Below are positions 52,141-62,081 of a DNA stretch of 64,000 nt, piece after piece. The DNA is from an uncultured Pirellulales bacterium (GTDB lineage Bacteria > Planctomycetota > Phycisphaerae > Sedimentisphaerales > Anaerohalosphaeraceae): the NCBI GenBank assembly GCA_964386005.1, contig CAYLSB010000015.1, positions 2,986-66,985 on the forward strand, read 5' to 3'. Numbering within the stretch: position 1 is the first letter of the stretch; each line of letters starts with the position of its first letter. Below the pieces are notes generated by a model, which made no database searches, had not been told where the DNA came from, and saw only the letters and a program-made list of their open reading frames with translations. Both the position numbers and the translations under genes were made by a program.

Positions 52141-52734
52141 CTATTCCATCAAATTCCCATTTTCAACGATTGGGATCAATTCGTCAAGTCGATGGATGAC
52201 GTGATCGGAGTACGGTAAAAACAAATCGGCATCTTTGTGGCTTTTCAGCAGTACGGTAATCGCTCCGGCCGCACGTCCGCTAAGCATATCCTGCAAAAAG
52301 TCCCCGACTACCAGAGTCTCCTCCGGTCGTACTCCGAACCGACGACACAACTCAAGAACACCGAACGCATCCGGTTTGACGGGCCCGTCCGTTCGATCAA
52401 CGATGGCATCAAACACAAGGCCGTGGCGCTCGGCCACTACGATCGCGTTTTCGCGCGTATTCCGGGTCAGAATCCCAACGGGATATCCATGATTACGAAA
52501 CCAGGCAAGGATGTCTTTGGCCCCTTCATTCAACGTGGATTGAAGGGCGGCTCGCTTTTCGTGTTCATCCAGTATTCGAAGGATTTCCCGTTGTCTTGCC
52601 TCATCCTGATCCTTCAGTAATTCCAGAATCGGCCCGGCATCCCGGGCAAATCCGATCTCCTCCCGAATCGCATCAAAGTCCAGCAACGGCTCGGTAAGGG
52701 TTCCGTCCAAATCAAATATAACAGCCCGGATCAT
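52141..52734 (-). CDS. HAD-superfamily hydrolase
   Basis: MIRAVIFDLDGTLTEP (motif I), LTRNT (motif II) and VVGDFLQD (motif IV). The ATG overlaps the LysR gene stop. Confidence 0.8.
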   Translation of the reverse strand: MIRAVIFDLDGTLTEPLLDFDAIREEIGFARDAGPILELLKDQDEARQREILRILDEHEKRAALQSTLNEGAKDILAWFRNHGYPVGILTRNTRENAIVVAERHGLVFDAIVDRTDGPVKPDAFGVLELCRRFGVRPEETLVVGDFLQDMLSGRAAGAITVLLKSHKDADLFLPYSDHVIHRLDELIPIVENGNLME

Positions 52735-53627
52735 CGGTCCTCAAACGATTTCTGTTTTCCGAGAAGTTCCAATAAATATCGCCCCGCTTGCGGCAGTCGC
52801 TTGTCCTTGCGAACCAGGATCCCGGTCGGTCGAAAGAATCGGTCGTTGACGAACGACAGGGACCGAAGGGTATTGTTGGATCGTTCGGCCTGAATCGTCG
52901 GTTCCGGCAAAATGCTGATGGCTGTCGTGTTGATTTCCACCGCCCGCTTGATCGTCTCGATATTGTCGAATTCCAGCGACATCCGTACCGTCACTCCATA
53001 TTGCCTCAGAATCGAATCAATCAGGATGCGAGTCGGCACATCTGTATCGAAACCGATAAACTCGGTTCCGGCCAATTCATGAATATCCACCTGAGAAAAT
53101 GCCGCCAGGGGATGAGAAGGGCTGCATACAAGAACCAGCGGCTCATCCTCGAACGGAAGTACATCGATGTTACGCATTTTTTTCGGGACCGCCACCATTC
53201 CAATATCGATATCTCCCTTTAAAAGCCGGTCATAAATCTGTGAGGCGTCGCAATACTCTACATGCAAATACACATTGGGATACTTGCCCATGAATCTCTT
53301 GACATAGGGCTGTAAAGTGTGCATTCCAATGCTGAAAATGGCGGCCAGGTTGATCCGCGATGTCGATTTGTTCTGGTTGGCCAGTTCGCTGACCATCCGG
53401 TCGTAACGGTCCAGGATCTCCTTGCCCGCCAGAAAAAAAATCTCCCCAGCGCTGGTCAAAGCGGGGGGGCGTTTCTTACGATTGATAAGCTGACATTTAT
53501 GCGTCAGTTCGAGTTGAGCGATCTGTTGCGATACGGCCGACTGGCTAACCCCATGTTTGTCAGCCGTCCGAGAAAAGTTCTGCAACTCAACCAAATCACA
53601 AAATATTCGCATTGTTTCGATATTCAT
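52731..53627 (-). CDS. LysR-family transcriptional regulator
   Basis: N-terminal wHTH (MRIFCDLVELQNFSRTADKHGVSQSAVSQQIAQLE) plus a LysR substrate-binding domain. It is divergent from gdhA. A T-N11-A palindrome TAAGTAATTCTTA sits at 53630-53642. Confidence 0.9.
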   Translation of the reverse strand: MNIETMRIFCDLVELQNFSRTADKHGVSQSAVSQQIAQLELTHKCQLINRKKRPPALTSAGEIFFLAGKEILDRYDRMVSELANQNKSTSRINLAAIFSIGMHTLQPYVKRFMGKYPNVYLHVEYCDASQIYDRLLKGDIDIGMVAVPKKMRNIDVLPFEDEPLVLVCSPSHPLAAFSQVDIHELAGTEFIGFDTDVPTRILIDSILRQYGVTVRMSLEFDNIETIKRAVEINTTAISILPEPTIQAERSNNTLRSLSFVNDRFFRPTGILVRKDKRLPQAGRYLLELLGKQKSFEDR

Positions 53628-53759
53628 GATAAGTAATTCTTATTATAACTATCACTAAAGTTTTCTTGAATTACACTGATAAAGACCATAGTATAAGAAC
53701 GATTAATTATTTGTAAAGTAAAACTTTTCAATAGTGGAATCAAGCCGACAGGTTAATGA

Positions 53760-55184
<1,425 letters not shown>

Positions 55185-55238
55185 GATTTCAATGCGTATG
55201 AACGGCCGCGCGTTGCGGCCGTTGGAGCCGATACGATG

Positions 55239-55272
55239 GATCCCCTTACCTCCTGTAAGGGGATCTTTTTTT
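55239..55272 (+). terminator. Rho-independent terminator after gdhA
   Basis: A 10-bp stem GATCCCCTTA / TAAGGGGATC with a 7-nt loop and seven T. It is preceded by a second GC-rich hairpin at 55201-55223. Confidence 0.8.
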
Positions 55273-55314
55273 GCCGTCCGTTTCATGATACACTGATATG
55301 TAAAACCATGTTCA

Positions 55315-57912
55315 ATGAGGGAAACCATGGAACGATATCCCAGTACCGGCATAAATCCTCTGGATGAAGTCCTCGGCCGCCTCCAATACGGCGACAACGT
55401 CGTCTGGCAGGTCGATGATATCTCCCACTACAAAGAGCTGGTGATCCCTTACGTCAAACGGGCCCTGGCCGAGAAACGAAAGATGGTGTATGTCCGCTTC
55501 GCCAACCATGAGCCGCTCCTGGAACCGTGCGAGGGATTGTCCATCGTCCATCTGGATGCCGATGTGGGTTTCGAATCCTTTTCCACCCAAATCCACAACC
55601 TCATTACCGATAGGGGGATCGGCGCCTATTATGTGTTCGATTCCCTTTCCGAATTATTGTCCGCCTGGGCCACCGATCTGATGGTCGGCAATTTTTTCAT
55701 GGTCACCTGTCCCTACCTTTACGAACTCGATACCATCGCCTACTTCGCGCTGCTGCGCGACTACCACGCCTATCAGACCGTCGCGCGCATTCGAAGCACG
55801 ACCCAGCTTCTTCTCGATGTGTATAAGCTGGAGGGACAACGGTACATCCATCCCCTCAAGGTCTGGAACCGATATTCCCCCACGATGTTTCTGCCGCATC
55901 GAGATGAGGGTATGCAACTGGAACCCGTGACCAACAGCGTCGATGCGGCCCGCTTGTTCTCGTATATCTCCGATCGTGCCCGTGCCAGCACCCGCCGCAA
56001 AATCGACTTCTGGGATCGTCTCTTTCTCAACGCCGAAGAAATGCTGGACCAGTCCGCCGCCGATCCCCAGGTCGAACGGACCGTCGATCAGATGTGTCGC
56101 GTCATGATCGGCCGCGAAGACCGCATGGTCTCACTGGCCAAACAGTATTTCTCTCTCCGCGATCTCCTGGATATCAAGGCCCGTCTGATCGGGACCGGCT
56201 ACATCGGCGGCAAGGCCGTCGGCATGCTTCTGGCACGCAAGATCCTCGCCGTCGATTCCGATTTCGACTGGAAAGAGGTTCTCGAAAAACACGACTCGTT
56301 CTACATCGGTTCGGATATCTTCCATACCTACATTGTGCAAAATGGCCTCTGGAAAATCCGGATGGAACAGAAAACCAAAGAGGGCTACTTTGCCCGTGCC
56401 GGCGAGCTGGCGGCGGCCATCCTCAAAGGGAAATTCCCGACCGAGATCAAGGAACAGTTCATGGAGATGATCGAATATTACGGCCAGTCCCCGATCATCG
56501 TCCGTTCCAGCAGTCTCCTGGAGGACAGTTTTGGAAACGCCTTCGCCGGAAAATACGAAAGTATATTTCTGGTCAATCAGGGCAGTCCCGAAGACCGCTA
56601 CCAGCAATTCGAAAACGTTGTCCGCAAGATCTATTCCAGCACGGTCAATGAGGATGCGCTCACCTATCGGCTGCAACGGGGACTGGATCAGGCCGACGAG
56701 CAGATGTCGCTTCTCGTTCAGCGCGTTTCCGGCACCCATCACGGCCGGTACTTTTTCCCCGATGTCGCCGGCGTGGGCGTATCGTTCAATACGTTTGTCT
56801 GGAACCGCTCGATGGATCCCGAAGCCGGCATGGCCCGCATCGTCATGGGTCTCGGTACCCGCGCTGTCAACCGCGTTGAGGATGATTACCCGCGGATCGT
56901 CGCGATGGATGCCCCGCTGGTTCGCCCGCACTCGGCCGTGGATAACCTCCGACAGTTTTCCCAGCGGTACATGGATGTGCTGGATCTGGCCGCAAACAAG
57001 CTGGATGCGATCCCCGTCAAAAAAATTCTCAGCGCCGAACAGAATCCTCTGAACAGTCGGATCGCCATTCGCGATGCCGAGGCCGAAAACCGCATGCGGC
57101 AATTGGGCCTTCCATTTGAACCGCAGTGGATCCTTACCTTCGATGACCTGTTGTCCCAAACGGAAATCGTCCCGATGCTTCGTCGCCTTATGGAAACCCT
57201 GGAATATCGCTACCAATATCCCGTCGATATTGAATTCACGATCAACTTCGCCGAAGATCAATCCCCCCATATCAACTTGCTGCAATGTCGTCCGCTTCAG
57301 ACACGAGGCCTGGGTCGCCCGGTCCAGATCCCGCAAAACCTTCCATCCTCTCAGGTGCTGTTCCGGACCACAGGCAGTTTCATGGGCGGATCAATTTCCG
57401 AGTCCATCCGCCGGATTGTGTATATCGATCCGGCCGGATACCTTGCCTTGCCCCTCCAGGATAAATACGCGATCGCTCGGCTCGTCGGCAAACTCAATCA
57501 CCTCATCGAAGGTCCCCTTGAACAAACTACGATGTTGATGGGTCCCGGCCGATGGGGTACCACCACGCCCTCTCTTGGTGTTCCAGCCCACTTCGCGGAA
57601 ATCAATCGTTTCGCGGTCCTTTGCGAGTTGTCCTACCCCTCCGGCAATCTGATGCCCGAACTGTCCTACGGAAGTCACTTTTTCCAGGATCTTGTCGAGA
57701 GCGGAATTTTTTACGTGGCCCTGTTCTGCGAAAAATCCGATGTGGTCTTCAATCGTCAGCACCTCCTGCTGTGCCCCAACCAACTCGCTGATTTGATTCC
57801 GGAAGCGCATCCCTATGCGCCCGTGGTTCGAGTCTGCGATACCGAAAAATTCAATCTGCAATTGATGGCCGACATCTTGACCCAGACGATGGTTTGCTTT
57901 AAAAGTATCTGA
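55315..57912 (+). CDS. PEP/pyruvate-binding (PPDK N-terminal-type ATP-grasp) protein with an N-terminal P-loop-less KaiC/RecA-like domain
   Basis: The N-terminus STGINPLDEVLGRLQYGDNVVWQVDD...MVYVRFANHEP...YYVFDSLSEL is KaiC-like but lacks GxxGxGKT. The centre reads GTGYIGGKAVGMLLARKIL...IVRSSSLLEDSFGNAFAGKYESIFLVN (the PPDK_N / PEP-utilizer nucleotide-binding type). Confidence 0.75.
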   Translation: MRETMERYPSTGINPLDEVLGRLQYGDNVVWQVDDISHYKELVIPYVKRALAEKRKMVYVRFANHEPLLEPCEGLSIVHLDADVGFESFSTQIHNLITDRGIGAYYVFDSLSELLSAWATDLMVGNFFMVTCPYLYELDTIAYFALLRDYHAYQTVARIRSTTQLLLDVYKLEGQRYIHPLKVWNRYSPTMFLPHRDEGMQLEPVTNSVDAARLFSYISDRARASTRRKIDFWDRLFLNAEEMLDQSAADPQVERTVDQMCRVMIGREDRMVSLAKQYFSLRDLLDIKARLIGTGYIGGKAVGMLLARKILAVDSDFDWKEVLEKHDSFYIGSDIFHTYIVQNGLWKIRMEQKTKEGYFARAGELAAAILKGKFPTEIKEQFMEMIEYYGQSPIIVRSSSLLEDSFGNAFAGKYESIFLVNQGSPEDRYQQFENVVRKIYSSTVNEDALTYRLQRGLDQADEQMSLLVQRVSGTHHGRYFFPDVAGVGVSFNTFVWNRSMDPEAGMARIVMGLGTRAVNRVEDDYPRIVAMDAPLVRPHSAVDNLRQFSQRYMDVLDLAANKLDAIPVKKILSAEQNPLNSRIAIRDAEAENRMRQLGLPFEPQWILTFDDLLSQTEIVPMLRRLMETLEYRYQYPVDIEFTINFAEDQSPHINLLQCRPLQTRGLGRPVQIPQNLPSSQVLFRTTGSFMGGSISESIRRIVYIDPAGYLALPLQDKYAIARLVGKLNHLIEGPLEQTTMLMGPGRWGTTTPSLGVPAHFAEINRFAVLCELSYPSGNLMPELSYGSHFFQDLVESGIFYVALFCEKSDVVFNRQHLLLCPNQLADLIPEAHPYAPVVRVCDTEKFNLQLMADILTQTMVCFKSI

Positions 57913-57977
57913 TCGGTGTGAATGCGGATGACTTGAAAGCTTCAAATTTATTGCGAATTATTCCGTTTGGGTTTTTC

Positions 57978-58087
57978 GGGGCACATGACGTATGCCCTTT
58001 GTAGGGGCGGATGGCATCCGCCCAAAATCCTGTGTAGGGCAATCCCCTGTGATTGCCCATTCCTGTCATTCCGGCGAAATCCGGAAT
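57978..58087. repeat. Cluster of four short GC-rich hairpins (REP-like elements)
   Basis: The hairpins are GGGCA...TGCCC (57979-57997), TGTAGGG-GCGGAT-GGC-ATCCGCCC (58000-58023), TGTAGGGCAATC-CCCTGT-GATTGCCC (58033-58058) and ATTCCGG-CGAAAT-CCGGAAT (58068-58087). A degenerate copy of the third lies at 59124-59150. Confidence 0.45.
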
Positions 58088-58175
58088 CCAGATCCTTCAG
58101 ATAGGATAGAATGGTTTATGTTTTTGATTGGGATTCTCCTGGTCTTAGTGTGAATTGAATAAGGAAGATTTTCGG

Positions 58176-58952
58176 ATGACGACTCGCAATCAAAAAGCGG
58201 CCCGGCAATTACTTCAGATCGATCAGTTTTTTACCGGCGACTTTACCGTTCGCGGCAAAGCGCAGCCGCCGGTAAATCCCGCCCCGGCCGTCTCTCCATC
58301 CGCTTCCGCTTCCCAGCCGGCCGAAAAGTCCGATTCGGTTCCTCATCCCGATCCCGAAAAAGCCCTGGCCGAGATCGCCCGCGAGATCGCTCATTGCTCC
58401 AAGTGCCCCCTGGCCCAGACCCGTAAGCACGTCGTTCCCGGCGAAGGCAATCCCCGCCCGCAGATCGTCTTTGTCGGCGAGGCGCCCGGCGAAGACGAAG
58501 ACCTGCAGGGCCGCCCCTTTGTCGGCCGGGCCGGCCAACTCCTCGAAAAAATCATCATCGCCATGGGTCTCAAGCGTCAGGATGTCTTCATCTGCAACAT
58601 ACTCAAGTGCCGTCCGCCGGGCAACCGCGATCCCAAACCCGACGAAGTTGAATGCTGCTCGCCCTATCTTCAGCGTCAACTCGAAATCCTGTCGCCGAAA
58701 ATCATCGTCGCCCTCGGCAGTCATGCCGCCAAAACCCTGCTCGATACCAACCTGGCCATCGGCAAGCTCCGCGGCCGTTTCCACGACTACTACTTCTCGC
58801 CGTTTTCCCCGCCCATCAAGCTCATGCCCACTTACCACCCCGCCTACATCCTGCGCAACTATACCGCCGAAACCCGCGGGCAGGTTTGGAATGACATGCA
58901 ACTGGTCCTCAAGGAACTCGGCCTGCCTATCCCCAAATCCCCCGCCTCATAA
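58176..58952 (+). CDS. Uracil-DNA glycosylase, family 4
   Basis: CSKCPLAQTRKHVVPGEGNPRPQIVFVGEAPGEDEDLQGRPFVGRAGQLL and YHPAYILRN motifs. ATG 58176 follows AAGGAAG. It carries an N-terminal extension of about 60 aa. Confidence 0.85.
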   Translation: MTTRNQKAARQLLQIDQFFTGDFTVRGKAQPPVNPAPAVSPSASASQPAEKSDSVPHPDPEKALAEIAREIAHCSKCPLAQTRKHVVPGEGNPRPQIVFVGEAPGEDEDLQGRPFVGRAGQLLEKIIIAMGLKRQDVFICNILKCRPPGNRDPKPDEVECCSPYLQRQLEILSPKIIVALGSHAAKTLLDTNLAIGKLRGRFHDYYFSPFSPPIKLMPTYHPAYILRNYTAETRGQVWNDMQLVLKELGLPIPKSPAS

Positions 58953-59231
58953 AATCTCCGACTTCGTGGTTCATATTTGAACGCGTGGCAGCCACCGAGC
59001 GTCGCAAGGTGGATGGAGGGCCAAGCTCCGTCGTGGCCGGTAGCCGTAGCACAATCGTCTTGGTTGTGTTGTGGATGGGCCCGCTCCATCGGGTCCTTTA
59101 GACGCAACCGTCTCGGTTGTGTATGTAGGGACAATCCTCCGTGGTTTCCCAGATCGCGCCGCCGAATAAGACAATAAAGATAATCTGCTTCGTAAATTCA
59201 TTTATGGACCCGGCTCGACGAGCCGATCTGT

Positions 59232-59564
59232 ATGATAACGGTATCCGGCGGAGAGGATGCCGCTCGGTATTACTATCATTACGATGGGTTGGGCTCGGGT
59301 GTAGGATTGTCGGATAGCGCAGGTGTGTTTGTGGAGCGATACGCGTACGACGTCTTCGGCGGTTGCGTTGTGCATATCGACGCCGGCAATGACGGCGTGT
59401 GGATGACCGGTGACGACACACCTGACACCCAATCTGCTGTTGACAATCCCTTCCTCTTTACCGGCCGGCAGTACGATCCGGAGACGGGGCTGTATTATTA
59501 CCGCGCCCGGATGTATTCGCCTTCGCTCGGCCGGTTCCTGCAAACCGACCCCATTGAAACCTGA
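59232..59564 (+). pseudogene. Orphan RHS-repeat-associated core fragment
   Basis: 110 aa: YYYHYDGLGSGVGLSDSAGVFVERYAYDVFG...NPFLFTGRQYDPETGLYYYRARMYSPSLGRFLQTDPIET, followed by a stop. This is only the last YD repeats and the start of the core. There is no repeat shell upstream (the frame closes at about 59175) and no toxin tip downstream. Confidence 0.6.
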
Positions 59565-59572
59565 GATTCCGC

Positions 59573-60556
59573 TTATGGTTTACGTCTTATGAACAGACCC
59601 CCAAGACACAGCAGCATCATCGTGGCCGGTTCCGGCACGACTTCCCAGTCCAAGTTCAATCCGTTCACCGAGGATGATACGTCAAAGGCGAAGGTATTAT
59701 TGAAATCCGCCCATGCTATGGCATCGTTGTTGGCGTTCACATAAAGATCCAGGGTCGCGTCGAAATCCAGCGTGTGGCCTACGATCGCCTCGAACAAGAG
59801 TGTCAACTCGCCGGTGTCGAAGTGATCACCCGCCTGGTAATGAAACGATTCGGAAGTTTCGTGGGTTGTCCATGAATTATTATAAGAGTCCTCGGAGCTG
59901 ATGTTGCTCTGGGTTCGCCAATATTCGCTCCAGTCGGCCGAGTAGCTGTATTGCCAGTGGGGCATGGAAACATCAGATGCCTCGATTTCACTGGAAGCGC
60001 CGAACGATGCCTGGGAAGGCGACCAGAAACCTTCACCGGTGTCGATCTGGATGGCGTAGTCATGGACCTCCAGACCTGCGCTCATACCGGCGTGGCTCCA
60101 GCCCTTTCCAGGCCAGGATGTCGCCTCTCCGTGTAGCGAGCCATCCAGCCGGATTGTGATCGCCAACGTGGCGATGTCACCCTCGACAAGTCCCGATGTT
60201 CCCGGCGAAACCGTCAGGCGGTTCGAAACCTCGGTAGAGATCCGGGCATCCGAAAAATGACTGTTCGCCGGCGTGGAATAGACTTGGGCTGAGACGCCCA
60301 TATTCCTGTTGGCCGCGTTGGCATGTCCGCTCGTCAGGCCAAACGATTCGCCGTTTGTCACTGACCAGCCCGATCCCACACCTCCGGAAAAGGATTGATA
60401 ACTGATGTGCGAATCGTCCGTGCCGTCGGCTTCTACGGATATATAGCCGCCATCCTGGTAATAATTGATCGAGCTGTCGTATTCCACTCCCGCAACGGCC
60501 GGTAACGACAGGATCAACAAGGCCAGAACCCACATGCATGCATTTGCACTTTTCAT
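59573..60556 (-). CDS. PEP-CTERM-anchored secreted protein
   Basis: Trimmed to MKSANACMWVLALLILSLPAVAG after GAGGAG. C-terminal VPEPATMMLLCLGGLFIRRKP. Confidence 0.7.
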   Translation of the reverse strand: MKSANACMWVLALLILSLPAVAGVEYDSSINYYQDGGYISVEADGTDDSHISYQSFSGGVGSGWSVTNGESFGLTSGHANAANRNMGVSAQVYSTPANSHFSDARISTEVSNRLTVSPGTSGLVEGDIATLAITIRLDGSLHGEATSWPGKGWSHAGMSAGLEVHDYAIQIDTGEGFWSPSQASFGASSEIEASDVSMPHWQYSYSADWSEYWRTQSNISSEDSYNNSWTTHETSESFHYQAGDHFDTGELTLLFEAIVGHTLDFDATLDLYVNANNDAIAWADFNNTFAFDVSSSVNGLNLDWEVVPEPATMMLLCLGGLFIRRKP

Positions 60557-60920
60557 CGTACTCTCCTCAAGGGTGATTTTTCTTGTCGAAACCGCGTTGA
60601 ACTGGTATCGCCGCCGGTTCACACAACGCATAGAAAACATGAAACCATTCACGAATACAAAAACAATATAAGGGATTTATTCTGATACACAATATCTATT
60701 ATGTTGTACGCTATAGTACGCAAATTGACATTATCCATTTCAACGATTGAAACCAAACCCTGCTCCAAAAGGTACTACGCATTATACCAAAAATCCTAGG
60801 GTGATGTCAAGATTATTTATACCTTGGAAAGGGGTCAAATTTCAAATTGACCCGCTTCCGGGAAAACGATACGATCCCTCTGTCGCGAGTAGAGAAGAAT
60901 ACCGGAAGTCCCTGTTGAAG

Positions 60921-62048
60921 ATGAATAAATTAACCGAAGTAGTCCGCTTGTTTCTCCGATTGGGCGCGGTGGCCTTTGGAGGTCCCGCCGCCCATATCGC
61001 CATGATGCACGACGAAACCGTCAAAAAACGTCAATGGCTCAGCGAGCAGGAATTTCTCGATCTGGTCGGCGCGACGAATCTGATCCCCGGTCCCAACTCC
61101 ACGGAGATGGCGATTCATATCGGTTATTTGCGCGCGGGATGGCGCGGGTTGATCGCCGCCGGCGTTTGCTTTGTTCTGCCCGCCGTGCTGATTGTGCTGG
61201 CGCTGGCCTGGATGTATATGCGATGGGGTACGATGCCGCAGGCCCAGGGATTGCTATATGGAATCAAGCCGGTGATCATCGCGATCATCGTTCAGGCCCT
61301 CTGGGGGCTGGGAAAGAAAGCCGTTAAAGGTCCGCTCACGGCCGGGGCGGGTTTGATTGTGCTGATTCTGTTTTTTGTTGGGATCAATGAAATCGTTCTG
61401 CTGTTTCTCGCGGGCCTGGCCGTCATGTTGATCAAAAATATTCGTCGTCTCCGTTCAACGGCTTTTGGCGTTGGCCTTTTTCCGGCATGCCTTACGACCG
61501 TATCATCGCAGGTTTCCACGATTTTCTCTTTGCCGATATTGTTTCTTACTTTTCTCAAGATTGGCTCGATTCTCTATGGAAGCGGGTATGTGCTGCTGGC
61601 CTTTCTTCGCGCCGATCTGGTCGAGCGGTTCGGCTGGCTGACCGACCAGCAGTTGATCGACGCCATTGCCATCGGCCAGGTCACTCCGGGACCCTTATTC
61701 ACCACCGCCACCTTTATCGGCTATATCCTGGGAGGTCTGCCCGGGGCCTTGGTAGCGACCGCCGGTATCTTTTTGCCCTCGTATATCTTTGTGGCGGTCT
61801 TCAATCCCTGGATTCCCCGGCTGCGAAACTCGGTGTGGCTGAGCGGATTGCTGGATGGCGTCAATGTCGCCTCGCTCAGTTTAATGGCCGCCGTCACGTG
61901 GCAACTCGGCCGTGCCTCCCTGATGGATCCGCCGACGGTCCTGATCGCCCTTGCCTCCTTGGCGATCCTGATCCGCGGTACAATCAATTCAACCTATCTG
62001 ATTTTGGCGGCCGGCGTCATCGGTATGATCATCTCAAGAACGGGATAA
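60921..62048 (+). CDS. chrA: Chromate transporter ChrA (two fused CHR domains)
   Basis: Trimmed to MNKLTEVVRLFLRLGAVAFGGPAAHIAMMHDE...GATNLIPGPNSTEMA, with the second half reading GQVTPGPLFTTATFIGY. Confidence 0.85.
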   Translation: MNKLTEVVRLFLRLGAVAFGGPAAHIAMMHDETVKKRQWLSEQEFLDLVGATNLIPGPNSTEMAIHIGYLRAGWRGLIAAGVCFVLPAVLIVLALAWMYMRWGTMPQAQGLLYGIKPVIIAIIVQALWGLGKKAVKGPLTAGAGLIVLILFFVGINEIVLLFLAGLAVMLIKNIRRLRSTAFGVGLFPACLTTVSSQVSTIFSLPILFLTFLKIGSILYGSGYVLLAFLRADLVERFGWLTDQQLIDAIAIGQVTPGPLFTTATFIGYILGGLPGALVATAGIFLPSYIFVAVFNPWIPRLRNSVWLSGLLDGVNVASLSLMAAVTWQLGRASLMDPPTVLIALASLAILIRGTINSTYLILAAGVIGMIISRTG

Positions 62049-62081
62049 ATGCCAAAGAAACCCTCGACGGAAGGATATTGT

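Noticed and set aside
53666-53694. Possible gdhA promoter TTGAAT-N17-TAGTAT
   Set aside because: It would leave a 5' UTR of about 150 nt and has a weak -10 box. It is not strong enough to list as a feature without transcription-start data.
56131-57336. 401-aa minus-strand ORF
   Set aside because: It is antisense to the PEP-binding protein gene and shows no recognisable motif.
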